Below are positions 30,846 to 39,667 of a stretch of 40,546 bases of DNA, piece after piece. The notes under the pieces are model-generated. The model was given only the letters and a program-made list of their open reading frames with translations, was not told where the DNA came from and searched no databases. Every line of letters begins with the position of its first letter. The first letter of the stretch is position 1. The DNA comes from Acholeplasmataceae bacterium. GTDB lineage: Bacteria; Bacillota_I; Bacilli_A; Acholeplasmatales; Acholeplasmataceae. The DNA lies in NCBI GenBank assembly GCA_016934175.1, contig JAFGTI010000044.1, positions 1-40,546 of the forward strand. Reading direction: 5' to 3'. The translations under genes and the position numbers were made by a program.

Positions 30846-31994
30846 ATGAGCACAATAAGAACAGCGAAAAAAGTATTATATGAACTTAAAAAAGCAGGGT
30901 ATGAAGCCTATATTGTTGGTGGTGCCGTTAGGGATCATCTTTTAAAGCAACCTACAACTGATGTTGACATTACTACCAATGCAAAACCTCATCAAGTAGC
31001 AAAAATCTTTAAAACAAAGCCAACAGGCTTGAAATATGGAACTGTAACTGCAATTTATGGCGATGAAACATTTGAAATAACTACCTATCGAATTGATGGC
31101 GAGTATCTTGATAATAGACACCCAGATGAAGTTGTTTTTTGTGAAACTGTGGAAGAAGATGTAAAAAGAAGAGATTTCACAATCAACGGTATTTTAATGA
31201 CTGAAAAAGAAGAAATTATTGATTATGTCAATGGTAGAGGTGATCTTCAAATGAAGATTATTAAAACTATTGGAGATCCAGTTGAACGTTTTACTGAAGA
31301 TGCATTAAGAATGATGAGAGCATTTTATTTTCAATCCAAGTTAGGATTTCAAATTGATAGAGAAACCCGAGATGCAATTACTGAGATGAAAGAAAATTTA
31401 AGAAATGTTGCTATGGAACGCATCACGAATGAGATGATTAAAATTCTACAAGGTAGTTACGTCAAAAAAGCACTTAAATCAATAATAACCACAGGTGTTC
31501 ATCAAGTTCTACCAGGATTAGAAAAAGGTATAAAATATGCTGAACAAATGGATGAAATTCCCTTTGTAGACGCATTTTTCACCCTTTGTTTTACTCTGCA
31601 TGGATCAGTACCTAGCGACTGGCCATTCTCAAATAAACATAGACATCGTTATGAGACAGCAAGAATGCTAGCTGATCAGCATCAAAGTTTTGATGCACTA
31701 ACACTTTATACATACGGAATCGATTTGTGCTTGCTAGCTAATCGTGTTAATTATATGCTTAAACGCACGAAAAATCTTAAAACTAAAATAGAATTAGATT
31801 ATAAGAACTTGCCAATTCAAAGTGATTTAGATTTGAAAATCAGAGCGACTGAGATGATTACATTAACGAATAAAAAAGCCGGTGCATGGGTGAAAAATCT
31901 TCAAACTGAAATGGTCATTGAAGTTTTGAATAAACGTTTAAAAAATGAAAAAAATGCTCTTGAACAGTATGTTTTAGAGCATACAAAAGAATAG
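30846..31994 (+). CDS. cca: CCA-adding tRNA nucleotidyltransferase
   Basis: VGGAVRD, DVDIT, RRDFTING, RFTEDALRMMRA; ATG 30846 preferred because TGnTATAAT is at 30821-30829 and GGTGA lies just upstream. Confidence 0.92.
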   Translation: MSTIRTAKKVLYELKKAGYEAYIVGGAVRDHLLKQPTTDVDITTNAKPHQVAKIFKTKPTGLKYGTVTAIYGDETFEITTYRIDGEYLDNRHPDEVVFCETVEEDVKRRDFTINGILMTEKEEIIDYVNGRGDLQMKIIKTIGDPVERFTEDALRMMRAFYFQSKLGFQIDRETRDAITEMKENLRNVAMERITNEMIKILQGSYVKKALKSIITTGVHQVLPGLEKGIKYAEQMDEIPFVDAFFTLCFTLHGSVPSDWPFSNKHRHRYETARMLADQHQSFDALTLYTYGIDLCLLANRVNYMLKRTKNLKTKIELDYKNLPIQSDLDLKIRATEMITLTNKKAGAWVKNLQTEMVIEVLNKRLKNEKNALEQYVLEHTKE

Positions 31995-32004
31995 GAGAAT
32001 TTGT

Positions 32005-32940
32005 ATGGAATTAAATCCAAATGAAACTTATAAAATGATTGCAAAAGTAGAAAACATCAATCAAGGTGTTCACTTTTGTAACACAACTATTAGAACAGAA
32101 AACGGCGAGCATATCAATTTAAAACTTGATTTCGATCAGTTGCCTTTGGTATGCATGGGAAAAGTTTATGAATTTGAAGCTAAAGCCATTGTGAAAATTG
32201 AAGATGAACTAGTTCTTAAATGTTTGACGATTACACCTGCTGAGGAGGTATTGTCTGACACTGATTTGGCAAGAGTTTTAGAACATTTTTACGTGTATGC
32301 CCCAGTTCCAATGCTTGAAATAAAAAAAGGTATTGAAATATATTTAAATCATATTAAAAATCCGATTCTTTTATCTATTACAAAACAAATTTATAAAGAA
32401 AATAAGAATGCATTTTATATGCATCCAGCAGCAACTAAGTTTCATCACGCTTACGTTGGTGGTCTTAGCCACCATACTTTGACTATGTTAAAACTTATTG
32501 ATCCATTTATCAACATATATCCATATCTTAATAGAGACTTATTATATGCAGGTGTTATCCTACATGATATGTCTAAAATTGGTGAGATTAGTGGTGTCGA
32601 TGGAGAATACACTAAAGAAGGTTTATTAATTGGACATTTAGTCATGCAGACTGTTGATGTAGATCGTGTAGCAAGAGTTTTAGGCCATCAAGACAGTGAA
32701 GAAGTTTTGTTGTTGAAACATATGATTATTTCACATCATGGTCAATTTAATTTTGGTTCTCCTAAAAAACCACAAATTGGTGAGGCATTACTGCTCTGGT
32801 TTATCGATACGATCGATTCAAAGTTTACTGTACTTGGCGAAACATTAGAAGATACTGCTGAGGGTACGTTCACTAGCATGGTATCCGTACTTGATAAAAT
32901 GAGATACTATAAAACAACTATTAAAAACGATAAAGAATAA
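32005..32940 (+). CDS. yhaM: 3'-5' exoribonuclease YhaM/Cbf1 family (HD domain)
   Basis: PAATKFHHAYVGGL, LHDMSKI, LIGH, HMIISHHG, DTIDSK. Confidence 0.88.
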   Translation: MELNPNETYKMIAKVENINQGVHFCNTTIRTENGEHINLKLDFDQLPLVCMGKVYEFEAKAIVKIEDELVLKCLTITPAEEVLSDTDLARVLEHFYVYAPVPMLEIKKGIEIYLNHIKNPILLSITKQIYKENKNAFYMHPAATKFHHAYVGGLSHHTLTMLKLIDPFINIYPYLNRDLLYAGVILHDMSKIGEISGVDGEYTKEGLLIGHLVMQTVDVDRVARVLGHQDSEEVLLLKHMIISHHGQFNFGSPKKPQIGEALLLWFIDTIDSKFTVLGETLEDTAEGTFTSMVSVLDKMRYYKTTIKNDKE

Positions 32941-32963
32941 ATCCCATTTGGGATTTTTCTTTT
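32939..32963 (+). terminator. Terminator after yhaM
   Basis: AAATCCCA-TT-TGGGATTT inverted repeat plus T-tract. Confidence 0.7.
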
Positions 32964-33008
32964 ATGATATAATTACACTGAAAACAGTATGTAAAGAAGG
33001 TGTATACC

Positions 33009-33692
33009 ATGTGTGGACGATTTACAATTACAGTAACCATGGATGAACTTAAAGAATATTTAAAAGCATATTATGATATTGAAGAAATAGAAAATGAATT
33101 TGATATTCCAAGATACAATGTTTCACCCGGTCAAGAAGTAATAACTATCATTAATGATGGAAATAAAAATAGAATTGGTCTTTTAAAGTGGGGATTCGTC
33201 CCACCCTTTGCTAAAGATGAGAAGACAAGTTACACAATGATCAATGCAAAAGCAGAAACATTACATGAAAAAATATCCTATAAAGGCTCTTTTGAACATA
33301 AACGTTGCGTTATTTTAGCGGATGGATTTTATGAGTGGAAAAAGGAAAAAGATCATAAACAACCAATTCGAATATTAATGAAAGATCATAAGATATTTCC
33401 AATTGCAGGATTGTATGCTACTTATCAAAGACAAGATGGATCTAAGTTACATACATGTACATTGATCACAACAGAAGCAAATAAGATGATGTCAAGTATT
33501 CATGAAAGAATGCCAGTTATATTAACAGAAGAGCATCGAAAAGTTTGGCTAAATCCTCATAATACTGATATTAAGCAGTTATCTTTATTACTTACTCCCT
33601 ATGAATCAGATCACATGATATCTTATAAAGTATCAAATATTGTTAATCAAACAAAGAATGATTTAAAAATGTGTATTGAACCTTTGGCATAA
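33009..33692 (+). CDS. SOS response-associated peptidase (SRAP/YedK/HMCES), abasic-site protection
   Basis: N-terminal MCGRF (fixes the start at 33009), RYNVSP, WG, NAKAET, GFYEW, IHERMPVIL. Confidence 0.93.
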   Translation: MCGRFTITVTMDELKEYLKAYYDIEEIENEFDIPRYNVSPGQEVITIINDGNKNRIGLLKWGFVPPFAKDEKTSYTMINAKAETLHEKISYKGSFEHKRCVILADGFYEWKKEKDHKQPIRILMKDHKIFPIAGLYATYQRQDGSKLHTCTLITTEANKMMSSIHERMPVILTEEHRKVWLNPHNTDIKQLSLLLTPYESDHMISYKVSNIVNQTKNDLKMCIEPLA

Positions 33693-33718
33693 AAAAAAGG
33701 ACTGACTCAGTCCTTTTT
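33691..33718. terminator. Bidirectional terminator
   Basis: AAAAAGGACTGA-C-TCAGTCCTTTTT inverted repeat between convergent genes. Confidence 0.8.
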
Positions 33719-33723
33719 CACTA

Positions 33724-36660
33724 TTAATTTTCTAAAATATCAAACCACGAACCATAAAGATCATCATAATTTTGATCGAAATAGCCAGTTGATGAATTCA
33801 TGTAATCATTTAATTGACGCATATTGATTTCACGAATAGTATTAAATCTTGCCATATCAAGTGAATCTTCAAATTCAACGCCAGCCATTAACTTGAAAAT
33901 CAATTCACGTTGCATGTACTGTCCTTCGTAACGCGTAAGAACTGGAGTTAAATAGTTATTGATTGAAGTTTGAACTACTGTAGGTACTACAGCACCTTCA
34001 TCTGTGTTATTTTCAGTGATATAGTACTCAATTTGTGAAGCTGTTAAAATTTCCGAAGTTTCATTATATGCATTGAGGGTTCCATCGCTATTTACGTATT
34101 TACCATCTTCATCATCGGCTTCTGAATAGATAGCACTTGATTTTTCTTTAATTGATGTTGCAAGAATTAAATGCCAGCCAAATGCGGATTTCACTTCATC
34201 AAGAGCAGATGCAGTAATGACACCTTCATATAAGTCAAGATAAGGTAAGTTTGATGTGTTATCAGCCATTGCTTGAAGTTCATCATGTAATTGTATTGCA
34301 CGGTCATAGAATACTTCGTCTAATGTAGTTGAGCCAGTAATTAAGTTTGAGGTATTTGTAATTTCACCAGATAAACTTTCATATTTTAGGTAAAATCCTA
34401 GTTGACGATATTCTGCCCAAATTTGTTCGATTTGATAATCATATGGAGGTGTAACACTACCAGTTACGATGCGTCCTGAATTGTTGAATTCAGTTGCAAT
34501 TGCAGATAAACCTGCAGCCATACCAGTATAATTACCAACTTTTGAATAGACAAGTTGAACAAGTTCAGTTAATCCAGCTATGACTTGATCAGCACCAGCT
34601 GTACTTAATGTATCTAAATATTCTTGAGGGTCATCTGGAGTTCCATCACCATTCTTATCAAAATAAACTAATAAATGGCTTACGTTAATTGATTTATAAT
34701 AATCATATTGTAATTCTGCGAGTTGAGCTAGCTTTTCATAAATTGTTTCAGTAGTACTACCGTAATGGGCTTCTACATCATTTAAATATTGTTCTCTAAG
34801 ATTTGGATAAACAAATAATTGGTTGACAGCTTCAGCATTTGTTCTTGCACCAAATGCAAGAAGTAAGAAATCTTGTCTACCCATGCTTGCTGGATATCCA
34901 TTTGAAGCGAAATTATCAGCAGAAAATTGTGATATGATATCTTCAAATTGTGATTGATAATCTTCTAAGTCTTCGTCACTTACAACATAATCGGAATTGT
35001 TAGCAAGATAAAGGTTTGAACCTAAATCAAGTGCTAGGTTGATACCAAATGTCTTTTCTAATCTTTCATAGAAAGCATCGACAGTAATTTGGATATCTCC
35101 AAGTTCAGCAAGGACATCACCGGCTTTATTTTTAGTTGATCCAGAATAGCCATAAGACTGTTCATAGAACGAACGAACAACGCCATCATAAATATTTAAT
35201 TCAGTTTCATCATAAGCTTCGCTAATCTTTGAAGTAATATAAGCATTCGTTAATTTAGCATCTTTGATTTCAGCTGTAATTTCAGCTTGCAAAGCTAATG
35301 ATTCAGTTGTATCAGTAAATGCTTCAAGAAGACTGTCATAAACAAGATCTTCATCAGCGCTATCATCGCTTAATTTGAAAACTAAATAACGAGATGTTCC
35401 AAAAGTTTGAACTCTTGAAGAATAAGGCATTCCATCGACAGTATCATCAGGATCTGTCATGGATGCTTCTGATAAAAGAGTTGTATAAATGTGACTTCTT
35501 AGGCTAGTATTGATTGCAGTAAGATCATCATAAGTATAATTTGAGGTGAATTCACTTCCAAGAGTTCCAACAATTGATCCATCAACTGCGATTTCTACTT
35601 GTGAAGCTGGATTTAGTACATTATAGATGTCAACGAATTCAGCTTTAACTTGTGCAGTAGTTAATGCTTCATCACTTAAACCATCAGAACGGTTTGTGCT
35701 AATAACATATGATTTGTAGTAATTTTCATAATCTGAAACACTAATATTGGCACGTTCTTCAAAATCGTCTCCGAGTTTTCCTAAAATGCCCAATGTCTCT
35801 AGAATATCTTTCACGTGTTTATAACCTGATTGTGGGGTTTCATCAGTTAAATCAATGTAACCTGTTTCTCCTGGTAATATACGAATATCAGGAATTTTAT
35901 ACCATAAACCTTTTGAATCAGCTTTAAGTCCCATCATATATAATGCAGCATTTGCTTCATTTAAATTGATGAATCTGATGACTAGAGCTTCAACATCATA
36001 ATGATCTAGATAGTTATCTTGATAATATGTTAGAACATCTTCAGGACCTATAAAATCAGTTGTTGTAGCATCAATAACTGCTGCGTCCAATATTTGTTGT
36101 GCAAAATATCTTTGTGCTAAATTTAAACTGTATCTTTTTTCAATTAGAGAAATACTTGAATAACCACTATATGCATTATCTTGTGTTGCTCCTAGATTTT
36201 CAAGATCTGCAATAACTTGATCGATATCAATTGTATTATCAAGCAAATATAGAGAATCAGCGTAAGCTTCGATATCTCTTGACCATATGTCAGGAGAATC
36301 TGTATATAATTCATCTAAATTGTCAGTATCTGAAGTTCCGTGTATTGCGCTATTCACGGTTTCATCTAAAAATGCATTTAATTCTTCATCACCGCTAGCC
36401 AATAATTGAGCAATAGTTGATAATTCATCAGCATATACTTGCTCATGAATCATTGCAGATAATATTGAAGCTCCTTGGAGACGTAATTGATCGTATAAAC
36501 TCTTTTCTGTAACTGTTTCATCACCAACTGTCATATAAGTAGCATCAGTGATGCTGCCATAAGGTACGGCCTCAGTATTGTTACATGCAGCTAATGTAAG
36601 TAAACTCGCAGATATTAGCACAAATACAGCAAGTTTCCTTAAATTTTTAATTTGATTCAT
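33724..36660 (-). CDS. Large lipoprotein with tandem PrsA/parvulin-like foldase modules (978 aa)
   Basis: Start 36660 after GAAGGAG; lipobox LAAC; INVSHLLV and EVKSAFGWHLI parvulin motifs. Confidence 0.75.
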   Translation of the reverse strand: MNQIKNLRKLAVFVLISASLLTLAACNNTEAVPYGSITDATYMTVGDETVTEKSLYDQLRLQGASILSAMIHEQVYADELSTIAQLLASGDEELNAFLDETVNSAIHGTSDTDNLDELYTDSPDIWSRDIEAYADSLYLLDNTIDIDQVIADLENLGATQDNAYSGYSSISLIEKRYSLNLAQRYFAQQILDAAVIDATTTDFIGPEDVLTYYQDNYLDHYDVEALVIRFINLNEANAALYMMGLKADSKGLWYKIPDIRILPGETGYIDLTDETPQSGYKHVKDILETLGILGKLGDDFEERANISVSDYENYYKSYVISTNRSDGLSDEALTTAQVKAEFVDIYNVLNPASQVEIAVDGSIVGTLGSEFTSNYTYDDLTAINTSLRSHIYTTLLSEASMTDPDDTVDGMPYSSRVQTFGTSRYLVFKLSDDSADEDLVYDSLLEAFTDTTESLALQAEITAEIKDAKLTNAYITSKISEAYDETELNIYDGVVRSFYEQSYGYSGSTKNKAGDVLAELGDIQITVDAFYERLEKTFGINLALDLGSNLYLANNSDYVVSDEDLEDYQSQFEDIISQFSADNFASNGYPASMGRQDFLLLAFGARTNAEAVNQLFVYPNLREQYLNDVEAHYGSTTETIYEKLAQLAELQYDYYKSINVSHLLVYFDKNGDGTPDDPQEYLDTLSTAGADQVIAGLTELVQLVYSKVGNYTGMAAGLSAIATEFNNSGRIVTGSVTPPYDYQIEQIWAEYRQLGFYLKYESLSGEITNTSNLITGSTTLDEVFYDRAIQLHDELQAMADNTSNLPYLDLYEGVITASALDEVKSAFGWHLILATSIKEKSSAIYSEADDEDGKYVNSDGTLNAYNETSEILTASQIEYYITENNTDEGAVVPTVVQTSINNYLTPVLTRYEGQYMQRELIFKLMAGVEFEDSLDMARFNTIREINMRQLNDYMNSSTGYFDQNYDDLYGSWFDILEN

Positions 36661-36790
36661 TGTGTTCACTCCTTCAGTGTATTTCATACAAGCAAATATA
36701 ATATAGCATTTTTTAGGGGGTAATGCAACCTCTTTCATTTTATTTGATAATATCACATATTTATATGTTATCATGAAAGAAGGTGATACA

Positions 36791-37564
36791 GTGGAAGTTT
36801 TTATTTTAGCCAGCGGATCAAAAGGGAATATGGCCTACTTAAAAGTAGGCGATATTAAGATCTTTATTGATGCGGGAATAAGTTACCAAAAAGTGAAAAA
36901 TAAAATGCAAGCATATGGAGAAAATCTATATGATGTGAAAACTCTCATAATAACTCATGAGCATCATGATCATATCATGGGATTAAAAATGCTACTTAAG
37001 CATGCAGCAATTGAGGATATATATCTGACAAAAGGAACGTATAATGCGCTGCCAGTCGAAGTGGTTGCGCTTTTTGAACGTACCCACTTTGTAGAGGCTG
37101 ATCAAATTTTTGAAGTTGCAAATGAAATTCAGATTACACCCTTTATGTTATCACATGATGCAGCTGAACCAGTTGGTTATGTGGTTCAAAATCAGGATAA
37201 AAAAATGGTTGTTTTAACCGATACAGGGTATGTTGATCAAGGGTATCACGAGTTATTAAGTAATGCTGATTTATACATAATGGAATCTAACCATCATCCT
37301 ACACAACTCATGCAATCTCCACGTCCATTTTTATTAAAAAAGAGAATTTTAGGTGAACGTGGGCATTTATCAAATGATGACGCAGCTTGGTTAATGAATT
37401 TATTTGTGAAAGACAAACCGAGCAAATGGGTTGTAGCTCATATATCGGAAGATTGTAATACACAGCTTGATATTGAAGAATCTATTGTGAAAAATTTTGA
37501 TGACCCAACAAAAATTGAGGTTTTTTATGCAAATCAAGAGGGTCTGCCGGGTATTAAATTATGA
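36791..37564 (+). CDS. MBL-fold metallohydrolase, YycJ/WalJ family
   Basis: LASGSKGN, IDAG, THEHHDH, SHDA, TDTG, ESNH, GHLSN; GTG 36791 follows GAAGGTGA. Confidence 0.88.
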   Translation: MEVFILASGSKGNMAYLKVGDIKIFIDAGISYQKVKNKMQAYGENLYDVKTLIITHEHHDHIMGLKMLLKHAAIEDIYLTKGTYNALPVEVVALFERTHFVEADQIFEVANEIQITPFMLSHDAAEPVGYVVQNQDKKMVVLTDTGYVDQGYHELLSNADLYIMESNHHPTQLMQSPRPFLLKKRILGERGHLSNDDAAWLMNLFVKDKPSKWVVAHISEDCNTQLDIEESIVKNFDDPTKIEVFYANQEGLPGIKL

Positions 37565-38004
37565 TTAAAATTATCGTCGTTGGTAAGTTAAATCAAAAAT
37601 ATTTGAATCAAGGTATCATTTATTATCAAAAACAACTTCCTGTTAAGCTTGAATGGATAGAAGTATCAGATGAAGCATCTATTCAAGGCATTGAAATTGA
37701 GGGAGAAAGAATATTAGGAAAAATTAAAGATTCTGATGTTGTCATCGCTTGTGCAATTCAAGGTAAAATGATAGATAGTGAATCATTGGCTCAAATGATT
37801 GATGAAAAAACTACATATCATCAAGGAGATTTGGTGTTTATTATTGGTGGTTCATATGGTTTAAGTAATAAGGTCATTGAAAGGTCAAATCATCAAATAT
37901 CATTTTCAAGAATGACATTTCCACATCAGCTAATGAGACTTATTTTGATTGAACAAATTTATCGGGGATATATGATTTTAAAGCATCATCCCTACCATAA
38001 GTGA
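37561..38004 (+). CDS. rlmH: 23S rRNA (pseudouridine1915-N3)-methyltransferase
   Basis: FIIGGSYGL, MTFPHQLMRLILIEQIYR, HPYHK. Confidence 0.96.
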   Translation: MIKIIVVGKLNQKYLNQGIIYYQKQLPVKLEWIEVSDEASIQGIEIEGERILGKIKDSDVVIACAIQGKMIDSESLAQMIDEKTTYHQGDLVFIIGGSYGLSNKVIERSNHQISFSRMTFPHQLMRLILIEQIYRGYMILKHHPYHK

Positions 38005-38015
38005 GGTTTATTGTA

Positions 38016-38636
38016 ATGAAATATATATTTTGGGATTTTAATGGAACGGTCTTGGATGACGCATATTTATGTTTCGAGATTTTAAATGAGATGCTAATTG
38101 AAGAAGATAGACCAATAGTAAGTTTTGAAGAATATTTAATGATTTTTGATTTTCCTGTTGAAGCATATTATGCTAAAGTCTATGATCTGGAAAAAACGAG
38201 TTTTGAAATATTAGCACATAGATTTATTGAAAGATATCAGCCTAGAAGCTTAAAGTTACAATTGCATCATGGAGTGATTGATGCGATTAAACATTTTGAA
38301 AAAAAAGGTTTTATAAATATCATGCTTTCTGCATCTGAAATCAATAATTTGCATCGACAATTAGAGCATTTTAAGATAAAAAATTTATTCAAACATATTT
38401 TAGGGACCTCGGATGTTTATGCCAAAAGCAAAGTTGATGTAGCAAAAAGGTTTATTGAAGAAAATAAAATTGATCCTAAAGACATTATGATGGTTGGTGA
38501 CACACTTCATGATGTTGAAGTTGCAGAAGAACTTGGATGTGAAATTATTTTATTTACTAAAGGCCACCAACATAAAGATAGATTAAACAAATATAAATCA
38601 ATTGATGAGATAAAAGAACTGTATCAAATTTTATAA
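38016..38636 (+). CDS. HAD family hydrolase (phosphoglycolate phosphatase-like)
   Basis: WDFNGT motif I, LSA motif II, VGDTLHD motif IV; ATG 38016 follows GAGGT. Confidence 0.85.
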   Translation: MKYIFWDFNGTVLDDAYLCFEILNEMLIEEDRPIVSFEEYLMIFDFPVEAYYAKVYDLEKTSFEILAHRFIERYQPRSLKLQLHHGVIDAIKHFEKKGFINIMLSASEINNLHRQLEHFKIKNLFKHILGTSDVYAKSKVDVAKRFIEENKIDPKDIMMVGDTLHDVEVAEELGCEIILFTKGHQHKDRLNKYKSIDEIKELYQIL

Positions 38637-38664
38637 AAAAAGGCATTCTATACCTTAGATAATG

Positions 38665-38688
38665 CATACCATAAGGTATGTTTTTTTT
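38665..38688 (+). terminator. Terminator after the HAD gene
   Basis: CATACC-ATAA-GGTATG plus T8. Confidence 0.75.
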
Positions 38689-38763
38689 AGTGTGGAATAT
38701 TAGAAAATATGCACCTAAATTGAGTAAAAATCAACAATGAATTTATGGTTGTTACTATGTGAG

Positions 38764-39207
38764 TTAGTCCTTAAGATAAGTATCATAAATCCGCAATAGA
38801 AAAGGTCTTAATGGTCTTAATAGTGCCCATAGACGAACTTTTTTTAGATATTTTTTATCGTGAGAATCAGTTTTTATCTTATCGGTTTGGAAGGATTTAA
38901 CCACCCCAAACACGAATAATTTATTTACATATTCGAATTGAGTATTAGCATCTCCACAAATGATGAGGTCGTTTTCTTTGATTTGTAAAATGCGGTGCAA
39001 AATGTATTTATTTTGAGAGTAGTACAAAACTACGTCGTACTGTTGTAATGGTTCGATAGGATTAACTAAAGTAACTATTGTTTTTCGATGTTGAAAAAAA
39101 GGCCGCATACTTGTTCCGTAAACATTTAAAGTCACTTCACGGTTATTTTCTAATAATTCCCTAGTGAGAGACATAAATTCATCACTTAAAATATTTTCTT
39201 GTATCAT
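38764..39207 (-). CDS. S24/S26 family peptidase-like protein
   Basis: GTSMRPF (catalytic Ser), DVVLY, ILHRI, CGDAN; no N-terminal TM. Confidence 0.8.
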   Translation of the reverse strand: MIQENILSDEFMSLTRELLENNREVTLNVYGTSMRPFFQHRKTIVTLVNPIEPLQQYDVVLYYSQNKYILHRILQIKENDLIICGDANTQFEYVNKLFVFGVVKSFQTDKIKTDSHDKKYLKKVRLWALLRPLRPFLLRIYDTYLKD

Positions 39208-39350
39208 TTGTCTACATTATTTTCACTGTGCAATTTTAGAAATGTATTTGTTTCCTTATTTTTTTTTATAAATGATTTCCTATAGTAAGCAACTTCTATT
39301 TGGATAAGTTTTAATTGTTTTTTTAGAGTGATACTAGAGCGAGCTATCAT
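39204..39350 (-). CDS. Putative 48-aa basic peptide MIARSSITLKKQLKLIQIEVAYYRKSFIKKNKETNTFLKLHSENNVDK
   Basis: GAGGGA just upstream of the ATG; TGA overlaps the peptidase ATG (ATGA); not in the supplied ORF track. Confidence 0.5.
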   Translation of the reverse strand: MIARSSITLKKQLKLIQIEVAYYRKSFIKKNKETNTFLKLHSENNVDK

Positions 39351-39667
39351 AAAATCCCTCTATATAATTTTATATATAATTAATTATGAATAGGCAACTA
39401 TTCAAAGAAATTATACCATAAAATTAAAACAACAGTCATTAGACAACAGAAAATTATATTGCAAAATTATTCAAATTTATGACTGATGAAACACATCTTA
39501 TTGCATCGTAGAGGAATATATCGAGTGGTTAGATTTCTAAAACTGACAATATCTAATAGGTATAAGACGAAAAGTATGATAAGATACAAGTAACAACCGA
39601 TAACTTATATAACCAATATATAGTTATTACCATTTTGATAAAAATATTATATTAGGGAGAGAGTAAA

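Noticed and set aside
36661-36774. N-terminal extension of the 1016-aa ORF call
   Set aside because: It spans the divergent promoter region; the SD and lipoprotein signal support a start at 36660
37981-38015. rlmH (orfX) 3' end as an integration hotspot for SCC-like elements
   Set aside because: Followed directly by a housekeeping-type HAD gene; no recombinase or duplicated att seen
39483-39573. Hammerhead-like CTGATGA...GAAA
   Set aside because: Stems I-III cannot be formed around the core with a valid NUH cleavage site
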